Shown piece after piece: positions 49,154 through 59,060 of a stretch of DNA of 64,000 nucleotides. A program made the translations under genes and the position numbers. The number at the start of each line of letters is the position of its first letter. Position 1 is the stretch's first letter. The stretch spans positions 25,833 to 89,832 of the forward strand of contig CAVONB010000009.1 of NCBI GenBank assembly GCA_963697205.1, in the 5' to 3' direction. The stretch comes from an uncultured Alphaproteobacteria bacterium (GTDB taxonomy: Bacteria > Pseudomonadota > Alphaproteobacteria > Rhizobiales > Hyphomicrobiaceae). The notes beneath the pieces were generated by a model. It was not told where the DNA came from. It did no database searches and saw only the letters and a program-made list of their open reading frames with translations.

Positions 49154-49913
49154 TCGCCCGCCCGCGCGCCCCCTTGAGCTCGCCGCGCCGGCCACCGGCC
49201 GCGCCCCGCCGCTGTTCCCCTTGCACGTGGAGGGCCTGGTGTTGGAGGCCGAGGGGCGCCGGCTGATCGACGGCCTGGACCTGGCGTTATCGGCGGACCG
49301 CCTGACCGTGGTCATGGGACCCAATGGCGCGGGAAAGAGCCTGCTGCTGCGGCTGCTGCACGGCCTCATCGTGCCGACCGCTGGTCGGATCTCATGGGGC
49401 GGACAGAATGTGTCTGAGGCGGTAAGGCGGCGACAGGCGCTTGTCTTCCAGCGTCCCGTGCTTTTGCGCCGCTCCGTCGCCGCCAATATCGATTTCGTCC
49501 TGGGGCTGCGCGGCACCGTGGACCCGAGCCGGCGGGCCGACATCCTCGAGCACGTCGGCTTGCACGATCGGGCCCAGCAGCCCGCCCGCCTGCTCTCCGG
49601 TGGCGAGCAGCAGCGTCTTGCCATCGGCCGCGCGCTCGCCATGGCGCCCGAGGTGCTGTTCCTCGACGAGCCGACCGCAAGCCTCGATCCAGCCTCCGTG
49701 CTCGCGATCGAGGAGATCGTGCAGGCGACCCACCGGCGCGGCACCAAGGTCATCTTCGTCACGCACGACGTCGGCCAAGCCAAGCGCCTCGCCGACGAGA
49801 TCGTGTTCGTGCATCGCGGACGGATCGCGGAATGCGCGCCCGTAGAGACGTTCTTCGACGCACCGTCATCCGATGCGGCCGCAGCATATCTGGCGGGCCG
49901 GATCGTGTTGTGA
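49146..49913 (+). CDS. tupC: Tungstate-type ABC transporter ATP-binding protein
   Basis: ATG 49146 overlaps the tupB end. GPNGAGKS, LSGGEQQR, LFLDEPT. Confidence 0.75.
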   Translation: MLDRPPARPLELAAPATGRAPPLFPLHVEGLVLEAEGRRLIDGLDLALSADRLTVVMGPNGAGKSLLLRLLHGLIVPTAGRISWGGQNVSEAVRRRQALVFQRPVLLRRSVAANIDFVLGLRGTVDPSRRADILEHVGLHDRAQQPARLLSGGEQQRLAIGRALAMAPEVLFLDEPTASLDPASVLAIEEIVQATHRRGTKVIFVTHDVGQAKRLADEIVFVHRGRIAECAPVETFFDAPSSDAAAAYLAGRIVL

Positions 49914-49932
49914 AGACCATGGCTTGGAGGAG

Positions 49933-50772
49933 ATGAGCATGAAGCTTGGAAAGACGCTCGCGCGTGCGCTTGCCGCGCTGTCGATCGCAGCCTTTGCCGC
50001 ATCGGCCGGCGCACAGGAGAAATCCATCATCGTGCAGTCGACCACGTCGACCAAGAACTCGGGCCTATACGAGCACCTCCTGCCGAAGTTCAAGGCCGAC
50101 AGCGGCATCACCGTCAACGTCGTGGCCGTCGGCACCGGTCAGGCGATCAAGAACGCGCAGAACTGCGACGGCGACGTGCTTCTCGTGCACGCCAAGGCCT
50201 CCGAGGACAAGTTCGTCGCCGACGGCTTCGGCGTGAAGCGCTTCGACCTCATGTACAACGACTTCGTGATCGTCGGACCGCCCGCCGACGCCGTCGGCAT
50301 CATGGGCAGCAAGAACGCCGCCGATGCCTTGAAAAAGATCGCCGCCAAGAGCGCGCTCTTTGCTTCGCGCGGCGACGACAGCGGCACGCACAAAAAGGAG
50401 CTGTCGCTTTGGAAGGCGGCGGGCGTCGACCCCACGACCGGCTCCGGCAAGTGGTACCGCGAGACGGGCTCGGGCATGGGCGCCACCCTCAATGCTGGTG
50501 TCGGCATGGGCGCCTACGTGTTGACCGACCGCGCCACATGGATCGCCTTCAAGAACAAGGGTGACTTCAAGATCGCCGTCGAGGGCGACAAGTCGCTGTT
50601 CAATCAATACGGCGTCATCCTGGTCAACAAGGCCAAGTGCCCGAGTGTCAAGGTTGACCTCGGCCAGACGTTCGTCGATTGGCTGATCTCGGCCAAGGGC
50701 CAGACCGCCATCAAGGGCTACCAGCAGAACGGCCAGCAGCTGTTCTTCCCGAATGCGGCCGCCACGCAGTAA
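49933..50772 (+). CDS. tupA: Tungstate ABC transporter substrate-binding protein
   Basis: ATG 49933 after GGAGGAG. Signal peptide. TTSTKNSGL motif characteristic of TupA and RGDDSGTHKKE. Confidence 0.75.
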   Translation: MSMKLGKTLARALAALSIAAFAASAGAQEKSIIVQSTTSTKNSGLYEHLLPKFKADSGITVNVVAVGTGQAIKNAQNCDGDVLLVHAKASEDKFVADGFGVKRFDLMYNDFVIVGPPADAVGIMGSKNAADALKKIAAKSALFASRGDDSGTHKKELSLWKAAGVDPTTGSGKWYRETGSGMGATLNAGVGMGAYVLTDRATWIAFKNKGDFKIAVEGDKSLFNQYGVILVNKAKCPSVKVDLGQTFVDWLISAKGQTAIKGYQQNGQQLFFPNAAATQ

Positions 50773-50934
50773 TAGGCTTTCAGCAATGCGCACCAGTTAT
50801 ACGGCGCGACGGTGTGGGATCGGCTGAGTGCGCGTGTCGACGGCGAGCGAGCCACGCTTTCGCACCGCACCCAGGACCGGGCGCGCTCTTCGCTGGATCG
50901 CACCCGGTTCCGACAAAGGTGTCGCGTGGCAGAG

Positions 50935-51477
50935 CTATCGCACGATCCCCAGACGGAGGCAGATTTCCGACACGATCGCGCACACGTCGCCGTCGATCGC
51001 CACCACCAGTGCTCCTTCGTCGGCTGCAGGCTCTTCCAGCGTGGCGAACTGGCTGTCGAGCAACGCAGCCGGCATGAAGTGGTCGCGGCGCGCGGCCATC
51101 CGCGCCCCGATCACGGCGCGATCGCCCTTCAAATAGACGAGGCGCACACCCGCGCGCCCCGCCATCAGGCGTGCGCGATAGGCACGCTTCAGCGCCGAGC
51201 ACGACACGATGACCGGCGACGCCCCCGCGCGCGCCGCGCCGATCCATGTCGCGATCGCGTCGAGCCAGGGCCAGCGGTCGTCATCGCTGAGCGGCGTGCC
51301 GGCCGACATCTTGGAGATGTTGGCGGGCGGATGAAAAGTGTCGGCGTCGCGGAACTGCCAGCCGAGTCTCTCGGCCAGTGCATTGCCCACGCTAGTCTTG
51401 CCCGAGCCCGCCACGCCCATCACGACGATGGCCTGGAGACCGTCGGGCGCACGTATGGACACGGTGTCGGTGGTCAT
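50935..51477 (-). CDS. gntK: Gluconokinase
   Basis: 180 aa. GVAGSGKTSVG P-loop, DADTFHPPANISKM, DDDRWPWL, SCSALKRAYR. Confidence 0.85.
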   Translation of the reverse strand: MTTDTVSIRAPDGLQAIVVMGVAGSGKTSVGNALAERLGWQFRDADTFHPPANISKMSAGTPLSDDDRWPWLDAIATWIGAARAGASPVIVSCSALKRAYRARLMAGRAGVRLVYLKGDRAVIGARMAARRDHFMPAALLDSQFATLEEPAADEGALVVAIDGDVCAIVSEICLRLGIVR

Positions 51478-51495
51478 CGTGGGTACCGATCTGTC

Positions 51496-52489
51496 TCAGC
51501 TCTTGCTTGACGGCGGCGCCGGCTCGACATGTCCGCCGAAGCCCGCGCGCATGGCCGACAGAACCTTCTCCGCAAACGTATGATCCTGGCGCGACCGGAA
51601 GCGGGCGTAAAGTGCAGCCGTCAGCACCTCCGCCGGCACCGCTTCCTCGACCGCGGCCTGCACCGTCCAGCGCCCTTCGCCCGAATCCTCCACATGCCCC
51701 GAATAGCCGGCAAGCTCGCCGTCGCGCGCCAGCGCCGCCGCCGTCAGGTCGAGCAGCCACGAGGTGACCACGCTGCCGCGCCGCCACACCTCCGTCACGT
51801 CGGCGACGTCGATCAAGAGCCGATGCTCGTGCGGCAGGGCAGGGCTGGCGGCGTGTTTCAGGATGTCGAGGCCTTCCGCGATCGCCTGCATCATGCCGTA
51901 CTCGATGCCGTTGTGGATCATCTTGACGAAGTGTCCCGCGCCGCATCGGGCCGGCGTGCAGATAGCCGTCCGCGACGCGGGCATCGCGCGTCTCCCGTCC
52001 CGGCGTCGGCGCAATGTCGCCGCGCCCGGGTGCCAGCGCCTTGAAGATCGGATCGAGACGGCGCACGGCCGCATCCGCGCCGCCGATCATCAGGCAATAG
52101 CCGCGCTCCAGCCCCCACACACCGCCGGAGGTGCCGACGTCGAGGTAGTTGAGCCCCAGACCGCTCAAGGTCGCCGCACGCCGCACGTCGTCCTTCCAGA
52201 ACGTGTTACCGCCGTCGATGATCGTGTCGTCCGCCGACAGCAGTCCCGCCAGCGCCTCGATCGTCGCCTCGGTCACCGCGCCGGCCGGCAGCATCACCCA
52301 GACCGTGCGCGGCGGCTGCAGCCGGGCGACGAGATCGGCAAGATCGTTGGCGGCAACCGCGCCTTCGGCCTGCAACTGAGCCACAGGGGCGGGATCTCGG
52401 TCCGTGACGACGCACGCATGTCCCGCCCGCATCAGACGGCGCGCGATGTTGGCGCCCATCCGCCCGAGCCCCACGATTCCGATTTGCAT
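51496..52489 (-). pseudogene. gnd: Decarboxylating 6-phosphogluconate dehydrogenase (short YqeC/Gnd-like form), one frameshift (pseudogene or sequence error)
   Basis: The N-terminal part (MQIGIVGLGRMGANIARRL ... GYLHAGP) is in ORF 51392-52576. The continuation [19 protein letters not shown] is in ORF 51496-52074. The switch is at ~51943-51947. Length 994 nt is not divisible by 3. Confidence 0.8.
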
Positions 52490-52674
52490 GATGCCTCCTG
52501 TGCGGCCCAGCGGCTCCGGCGTCTTGCCCGCGGCGCCGTGTGCGCTCAGGAAGCGGACTTGGGCGCGGATTGTCAAACGCCGGGTGCCCAGAATGAAAAG
52601 TGCCCGGCCGAAGGACCGGGCACCGTCGTTGCGTCTTGCGTGGCGTATGCGGCGGACGGCCGCCCGCCGCGGCG

Positions 52675-53685
52675 CTATTTGCGCTTGATGCCGGCCTTGG
52701 AGATGACGTCCTTGAACATCGGCACCTCCTTGGCGATACGCGCCTTAAGCCCATCGGGACCCAGCGCGCGCACGATGAAGGCGTTCTTCTCCAGAAGCGC
52801 GGTCGTGTCGGGCTTCTTCAGGCCTTCCACCATCGCCTTGGAGAGCTTTTCGGTGATGTCCTTCGGCGTCTTGGCCGGCGCCAGCAGGGCAAGGAACGTC
52901 TCGAAGACGAAGCCCGGATAGCCGGCCTCCACCATCGTCGGGATGTCCGGCGCGCCCGGATAGCGGCTCTCGCTCATGATCGCCAGCGCCTGGATCTTGC
53001 CGGCATCGATGTGCGGCTTGGCCGGCGCGAGCACGCCTGCCGACACCTGAGCCGCGCCCGACAGCAGCTGCTGCAACGCAACGCCGCCGCCGGTGTTGAC
53101 GATCACACCGGTGTTGTTGAGGCCTTCCAGCGAGCGCAGATACTCCACCGCCACCTGCGGCGTCGTGCCGACCGGCGGCGTCGTGAAGTTGAACTTCGAC
53201 TGGTCCGCCTTCATCAGCGCGACCAGCTCCTTCATCGACTTCACCCCGAACTTGGGATCGGTGGTGACCACGTTGGGCGAGGTCGCGATCTCGCAAATCG
53301 GCTCGAAGTCCTTGAAGGGGTCATAGGGCAGCTTCTCGTAGAGGCTCGGGTTCACGACATATGCCGACGTGATCAGCAGCAGCGTGTAGCCGTCGGGCTC
53401 CGAGCGCGCGGCCGCGCCCATGCCGATGTTGCCGCCGCCGCCGCCCTTGTTCTCCACGAAGAACGAGCCGCCGAGCGCATTCTGGAGCATCGGCGCCACG
53501 ATGCGCGCCAGGATGTCGGAGGGGCCACCGGCCGAGTTCGGCACGATGATCTTGACCGGCCGCTCCGGCCACGCTGCGTGTGCCGCGCCCATTTTGCCGA
53601 TGAACGGCGATGCCACGGTGCCGGCTGCGACTGCGCTGGCACCCTTCAGGAATTGCCGGCGACCGGCACGCACTTTGTCTGCCAT
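52675..53685 (-). CDS. Bug family (TctC-like) tripartite tricarboxylate transporter substrate-binding protein
   Basis: Tat-like signal RRQFLKG. WPERPVKIIVP and GGGGNIG motifs. Confidence 0.9.
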   Translation of the reverse strand: MADKVRAGRRQFLKGASAVAAGTVASPFIGKMGAAHAAWPERPVKIIVPNSAGGPSDILARIVAPMLQNALGGSFFVENKGGGGGNIGMGAAARSEPDGYTLLLITSAYVVNPSLYEKLPYDPFKDFEPICEIATSPNVVTTDPKFGVKSMKELVALMKADQSKFNFTTPPVGTTPQVAVEYLRSLEGLNNTGVIVNTGGGVALQQLLSGAAQVSAGVLAPAKPHIDAGKIQALAIMSESRYPGAPDIPTMVEAGYPGFVFETFLALLAPAKTPKDITEKLSKAMVEGLKKPDTTALLEKNAFIVRALGPDGLKARIAKEVPMFKDVISKAGIKRK

Positions 53686-53725
53686 GAGGCGTAGTCTCCC
53701 TTTCGTTTCGGTTGCAGTGATGGGG

Positions 53726-54736
53726 TCAGCGCGGCTTCACACCGGCCTGCGTGACGATCTCCTTGAGCATCGGCACTTCCTTGGCGATGCGCGCCTTGAG
53801 TTCTGCCGGGCCGCGCGCGTTGACGTCGAAGCCGGCCGCATTGAGCTTGGCTGTCGTCTCCGGCCGCTTCAGGATTTCGATGCTGGCCGTGGCAAGCTTG
53901 TCGACGACCGCCTTCGGCGTTCCCGGCGGCGCGAGGAACAGCTGGGCGGTCTCAAGCACGAAATCCTTGTAGCCGAGCTCCAGCATGGTCGGGACCTCGG
54001 GCAGGCCGATCCAGCGCTTCTCGCCTGTGACCGCGAGGCCGACGAGCTTGCCCGCCTGAATGTGGGGCTGCGCCGGCGGCAGGGCGACGCAGGCGACCGG
54101 CACCGTGCCGGCGAGCAGGGCCTGCACGGCCGGAGCCGCACCGGCATGCACCACCTGCGCGGCCTGGATCTTTTCGCGCACTTTGAGGAGCTCGAACGAC
54201 AGCATTGGCGTCGTGCCGATGCCAGGGCTGCCGTAGTTCAGTTTGTCGGGATCCTTGCGCGCCAGCGCAACGAGGTCGGCAATCGACTTCACGCCGAGGT
54301 CGGGGCGTGCGACGAACACGTTCGTCGACGTGCCAAGGTCGGCGATCGGCTCGAAGGCGTGGGGATCGTAGGGGATCTTAGCGTAAAGGCTCGGGTTCAG
54401 GACGAACGCGCTCGAGGAGATCAGCAGCGTGTAGCCGTCGGGCGCTGCCTGGGCGACGGCGCCGATGCCGATGTTGCCGCCCGCGCCGCCCTTGTTCTCC
54501 ACCACGAAGGCGCTGCCGCCGAAGGCCTCTTGCAGGCCGGCCGCGACAATGCGCGCGATCACGTCAGTCGGGCCGCCGGCTGCGAACGGCGCCACGATCT
54601 TGACCGGCCGCTCCGGCCAGGCCGCGGCGGCGCTGCCGATGCGTCCGACGAAGGGTGCAGCCAGCGTGCCGGCCGCTGTTGCGCCGGCGCCCTTCAGGAA
54701 CCGGCGGCGACTCTGGGATCTACGGGCTATTGACAT
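53726..54736 (-). CDS. Bug family (TctC-like) substrate-binding protein, second copy
   Basis: ATG 54736 after GGGAGGA. RRRFLKG, WPERPVKIVAP, GGAGGNIG. Confidence 0.9.
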   Translation of the reverse strand: MSIARRSQSRRRFLKGAGATAAGTLAAPFVGRIGSAAAAWPERPVKIVAPFAAGGPTDVIARIVAAGLQEAFGGSAFVVENKGGAGGNIGIGAVAQAAPDGYTLLISSSAFVLNPSLYAKIPYDPHAFEPIADLGTSTNVFVARPDLGVKSIADLVALARKDPDKLNYGSPGIGTTPMLSFELLKVREKIQAAQVVHAGAAPAVQALLAGTVPVACVALPPAQPHIQAGKLVGLAVTGEKRWIGLPEVPTMLELGYKDFVLETAQLFLAPPGTPKAVVDKLATASIEILKRPETTAKLNAAGFDVNARGPAELKARIAKEVPMLKEIVTQAGVKPR

Positions 54737-54936
54737 ATGGTTAAATCCTCCCATTTTCGCGAACGCTGTTTGCGGAGCGCGGTAGCTAACACGATGGGAC
54801 GACGAGAATATTTAAGAGGCCGGTCGCCCTGGCGCGGCGACTCTTCTAGCGGTAATTCCTTACGGCTCAAAGCCCAATAAAATCGCCCCGATGCCGCAGG
54901 GCACCGGGGCGTCCAATCGATGCGAGGAGGATGCTA

Positions 54937-55929
54937 TCAGCGTACCGCGATGGGGTTGATCGGAGAGCCGACGGCGCCCGTGATCGGCAGGGCGGGACCG
55001 CAGAAGAAGAAGTCCCACAGCTTGTCCTTGGCGCAAGCCTCGGACAGCGTGTCGAGCTTGAAGATCTCGCCCATCGTCAGGCCCATGATCGGGATGCAGA
55101 TCCAGTGCCAGGGCTGGTTGACCTTGCCCTCGTGCTCGGTCTCGTTGGGCCGGACTTCCACGCCCCAGGTATCCGTCGCTACGGCCGCCACCTGCTTGTC
55201 CTGCAGCCAATCGAGCGTTTCGAACGCGAGCCCGGGAGCATCGCCGCCCGGATAGCCGTCCCAGCTCTTCACATTGAGGCACTTCTCCAGCTGGCCCGTG
55301 CGGATGAACAAGTGGTCGCCGCGGCCGACCGACGTCTTCTGCGCCTTGCACACGTCGTCGAGCATGTCGTTGGTGATCGCGAAGCCGTCCTCCAGGCAAT
55401 CGGTCTTGAAGTGACGGGCGATGTCGAGTAGCACCCCGCGGCCGACGAACTTCTCCTTGGTATGCTGGATGCCGCACTGGTGCGCGCCGAAGGAGTTGAC
55501 TTCGCGGCAATCGTAGCCGTTCCACATATGGTTGCCGTAGAAGATGTGGCCGAGACCGTCCCAGTGCGTGCCGCACTGCAGGGGAAACAGCACGATGTCG
55601 TCGGCGGAACGGATGCCGCGCTTGTCGAGGATGCCGGAGTAGGCGTCGGCGCCCGAGCGAGTCATCAGGTGTACGGGATTGAACCGCCCGACCGGCGGGA
55701 ATTTCGTCTTGCCGCCCTGCGGACCGGTGCTGTCGTAGTTGAGAGCGAGGCTGATGACCTGTCCTTTGCGGATCAGCGAGGCCGCCTTCACGATGTCGTC
55801 GGGCGTGGTGTAGTTGAGCGTACCGATCTGGTCGTTTTTGCCCCACTTGCCCCAGTTTTTCAGCCGCTCGGCGGCGGCCTCCACATCCTTGAGCGTCAGT
55901 TTTTTCGGTTTGCCGGACTTCTTGGCCAT
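54937..55929 (-). CDS. Cyclase family protein (kynurenine formamidase-like fold)
   Basis: Start ATG 55929. QCGTHWDGLGH metal motif. About 330 aa. Confidence 0.75.
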   Translation of the reverse strand: MAKKSGKPKKLTLKDVEAAAERLKNWGKWGKNDQIGTLNYTTPDDIVKAASLIRKGQVISLALNYDSTGPQGGKTKFPPVGRFNPVHLMTRSGADAYSGILDKRGIRSADDIVLFPLQCGTHWDGLGHIFYGNHMWNGYDCREVNSFGAHQCGIQHTKEKFVGRGVLLDIARHFKTDCLEDGFAITNDMLDDVCKAQKTSVGRGDHLFIRTGQLEKCLNVKSWDGYPGGDAPGLAFETLDWLQDKQVAAVATDTWGVEVRPNETEHEGKVNQPWHWICIPIMGLTMGEIFKLDTLSEACAKDKLWDFFFCGPALPITGAVGSPINPIAVR

Positions 55930-56218
55930 GGGCGTTTCCCAATCTTGAGTGATGTTTGAACGTCGGTTGGCGAGAGGTGCACCGTCGTCGGAAGGGGCGC
56001 AACTAAGCAGGAATGTGCCGCAAAGCCAACGGGTTCCGGTGCCTGCGGCGTTGGTTTCAGGCCCCGCGATGGCGCTCGGCCGTCGCAGCCCGCAAGTGGC
56101 GCGCCCGCGCGCGCGGTCCTTGGGCTTTGTCAAAGTGCGATGAGGGAGGCCGAGGTATGAAGGCGGGCGGCGGTGAAACGCGTTTTCATGGCCACCGAAC
56201 CGAGCACGCGGCAGGACG

Positions 56219-57538
56219 ATGAACCCACGATTGCTATTGGCCGCATACGTTATTGTGACCATGCTGCCGCTGCTGCTGGTCGCAGTGACCGGCTGGCCGC
56301 CGCGCGCGTTCTGGGACGAGTTGGCGACCGCAGCGGGCCTCGTCGCCTTCGCCGCGATCCTCGTAGAGTTCGCGCTGTCGGGCCGGTTTCGCAGTGTGTC
56401 GCGCGGCATGGGCATGGACGTGACCATGCGCCTGCATCAGCTGTTCGCGCGAACCGCACTCGCCTTCGTGCTCGTGCATCCCTTTCTCTATCGCTCGCCG
56501 GGGCGGATGGGCTTGCCCTGGGATGAGACGCGCCAATTGACGATCACCTTCGACCTGTCGAGCCTGGCAAGCGGCGTCCTCGCATTTGTGCTCCTGCCCG
56601 TGCTCGTCCTCACGGCGATCGGCCGCGACAAGCTGCCTTACACATACGAGACGTGGCGCCTCATCCACGGCGTGATGGCTTTGCTCATCGCCGCGCTGAC
56701 GCTTCATCACGCCTTGAGCGCGGGACGTTATAGCGGACATGGCGCATTGCTCGTCTTCTGGATGGCCCTGTCGTTGGGCGCAGCCGCCTCGCTCGCCTAC
56801 GTCTACGTCCTGAAGCCGCTGTCGCAGCGCCGCCGGCCCTGGTCGGTAGTGCACGTTCGCCCGGTCGCGCTCAAGACCTGGGAGCTCGTGCTCCGGCCTG
56901 ACGGGCATCGCGGTCTCGACTTCGAAGCCGGGCAGTTCGTCTGGATCAACGTCGGCCACAGCCCGTTCCGTCTCGACGAGAACCCATTCTCGATCAGCTC
57001 CGCCCCGGGGCAGCGTGGCGAGCTTCAGTTCGTCATCAAGGAACTTGGCGACTTCACGCGATCACTGGGCGGGATCGCGCCGGGCACGCGAGCCTATGTC
57101 GACGGCCCGCACGGCAATCTCGTCGTCTCGTCACGTTCTGCGCCGGGTGTCGCGCTGATCGCCGGTGGTGTCGGCATCGCACCCCTCCTGTCGATCCTTC
57201 GGCAGATGCAGACTGAGGACGATCCTCGGCCGGTGACGCTGGTCTACGGCAATCGCCTCGCCACACAGATGGTCTATCGCGAGGAAATGCAGGATTTCGC
57301 CGCGCGCGGCCGCCTCGATTTCGTGCCGGTGCTGTCCGAGCCCGACGCGGACTGGGATGGCCGGACCGGATGGATCGACGCCGCCACGATTCGCGACGTC
57401 TTCTCCGGCCCCGAGGCCACGTCCTGGCTCTACGTGCTGTGTGGTCCGCCGGAGATGATGACGGAGGTCGAGGCTGCGCTGATCGATATGGGCGTGCCCT
57501 CGCATCGCATTCTGCTCGAAAGGTTCAACTATGATTGA
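56219..57538 (+). CDS. Ferric-reductase-domain membrane flavocytochrome (bacterial NOX-like: 6 TM + FAD + NAD(P)H domains)
   Basis: His pairs 14 and 13 residues apart in two TM helices (HQLFARTALAFVLVH; HGVMALLIAALTLH). NPFSISS, GGVGIAP and CGPPEM motifs. Confidence 0.8.
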   Translation: MNPRLLLAAYVIVTMLPLLLVAVTGWPPRAFWDELATAAGLVAFAAILVEFALSGRFRSVSRGMGMDVTMRLHQLFARTALAFVLVHPFLYRSPGRMGLPWDETRQLTITFDLSSLASGVLAFVLLPVLVLTAIGRDKLPYTYETWRLIHGVMALLIAALTLHHALSAGRYSGHGALLVFWMALSLGAAASLAYVYVLKPLSQRRRPWSVVHVRPVALKTWELVLRPDGHRGLDFEAGQFVWINVGHSPFRLDENPFSISSAPGQRGELQFVIKELGDFTRSLGGIAPGTRAYVDGPHGNLVVSSRSAPGVALIAGGVGIAPLLSILRQMQTEDDPRPVTLVYGNRLATQMVYREEMQDFAARGRLDFVPVLSEPDADWDGRTGWIDAATIRDVFSGPEATSWLYVLCGPPEMMTEVEAALIDMGVPSHRILLERFNYD

Positions 57539-57664
57539 GCGCGTATCGCGCTGGCAGCTGCATCGGCGTATCGATGCGGTCTTCTACGCCGTGACCGTCG
57601 TGTGGTGTCTCGCCCTGTTGGTCTTCGCAGTGCGCTGATCCGCGTGGCCGTAAAGGCCGCAGCT

Positions 57665-58879
57665 TCAGGCCGCCGCCGGCACACGCCGCCACGCCCACCA
57701 CAGCACCAGCATCGCAACAAGTCCTTCGATGGCGATCACCGCGAGCGCGTGCGTGGATGGCAGCCAGTCAAACATCAGGCCGGTATGGAAATGCCCGATC
57801 GTGGACAGGCTGATGAAGAGAGACAGGACTCCCGTGGCTCGCCCCCGCGTTTCAGGCTTCGCCAGGGCGTAGACCAGTCCGTATTGCGTTGCCGAGAAAC
57901 ACGCCGCGCACACGCCGATCAGTAGGAATCCGGCGACCGCCGAGCCGACCGTCAGATGGGTCGACATCACCAGCAGGAGCACGAGGAACCCGGCTGTGCC
58001 GTAGAAATAGATGCGGAAGAGTTGGCTCTGCGACGCCAGCGTGCCGACCAGCAGCGCGCCCATCGTACCGCCGATGCCGTCGCACGCTGCCAGCGCGCCG
58101 ACGGCAGCCGGCGCCAGCGAAAAATCCTTCTGCGCGATCACGGGCACCATGCCCAGAACCGGAAAGCACCACAGATTGTAGACCGCCGTGACGCCGAGGA
58201 AGACGAGGAACGTGCGATCCCGGATCAGTTCCGGCGGCGGCACGATTAGCGTGCGCAGGCGGGGTCGGACAGCCGTTGTCGCCGCAGGCGTGGTATCGAT
58301 CTCGATGCGTGCGGCGAGCCACGCCGAGATCGTGTAGATGATCGCCGATAGCGAGAAGATGCCTTCGACGCCGAGCCACTGATAGATGACGCCGCCGAGC
58401 AGCGGGCCGATGGCGCGCGTGGCATAATTTGTGGCGTTGTCGAAGCCCAGCGCGGCCGGGATCCGGTCCATCGTGACCGCGTCGGCCATCATACGCCGTC
58501 GCACGGGCATGTCGGTGACCCAAAGCAGCCCGAGCGTTCCCGTGACGATCAGCACGACGGGGTAGCTTGCAAGACCCGCGCGCGCCAGCATCGCCATCGC
58601 ACCCGCGGTAAAGACCGCGAGCACCAGGTTGATGAGCAAGAGCCGCTTGCGGTCGATGTGATCGGCAAGTGCGGCCACGACGAGCCCGCAGAAGGCGTAA
58701 GGCAGCATCCGCACGATCGCCGTCAGCGCGACCAGCGCCGGCGACCCCGTGAGCTGGAAGACGTAGATGCCGAGCGCCAGCATCTCCAGCCAGCGGCCGA
58801 CGCCGACGCACGCGCCGATCCCCCACAGCCGGCGGTAGTCGGCGAGCGCGAAGACGGCTGGGACGCGAAAACGGCGCAT
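57665..58879 (-). CDS. MFS transporter
   Basis: 404 aa, about 12 TM, typical MFS loop motifs. Confidence 0.85.
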   Translation of the reverse strand: MRRFRVPAVFALADYRRLWGIGACVGVGRWLEMLALGIYVFQLTGSPALVALTAIVRMLPYAFCGLVVAALADHIDRKRLLLINLVLAVFTAGAMAMLARAGLASYPVVLIVTGTLGLLWVTDMPVRRRMMADAVTMDRIPAALGFDNATNYATRAIGPLLGGVIYQWLGVEGIFSLSAIIYTISAWLAARIEIDTTPAATTAVRPRLRTLIVPPPELIRDRTFLVFLGVTAVYNLWCFPVLGMVPVIAQKDFSLAPAAVGALAACDGIGGTMGALLVGTLASQSQLFRIYFYGTAGFLVLLLVMSTHLTVGSAVAGFLLIGVCAACFSATQYGLVYALAKPETRGRATGVLSLFISLSTIGHFHTGLMFDWLPSTHALAVIAIEGLVAMLVLWWAWRRVPAAA

Positions 58880-59060
58880 GGGCGGGGCGGCTCGACGAGG
58901 GGCGTTGGCTGAGTGGGGCCGCAGACTGCGGCGTTGGCGGATCGGCCGCGCACTCTAGGCGAGCCCGTGCGTTCTTGCGACGGCGCTCGCTGCATGGCGC
59001 GCCCGCAGCGCCTGCATTAGGCTATCGGCACCAACCGCCCCAACCCGAGGAGACCGAGCG

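Noticed and set aside
48464-50014. 516-aa minus-strand ORF spanning the tupB-tupC region.
   Set aside because: It has no recognisable domain and a biased Arg/Ala/Ser composition. It is fully antisense to two genes with clear ABC permease and ATPase motifs.
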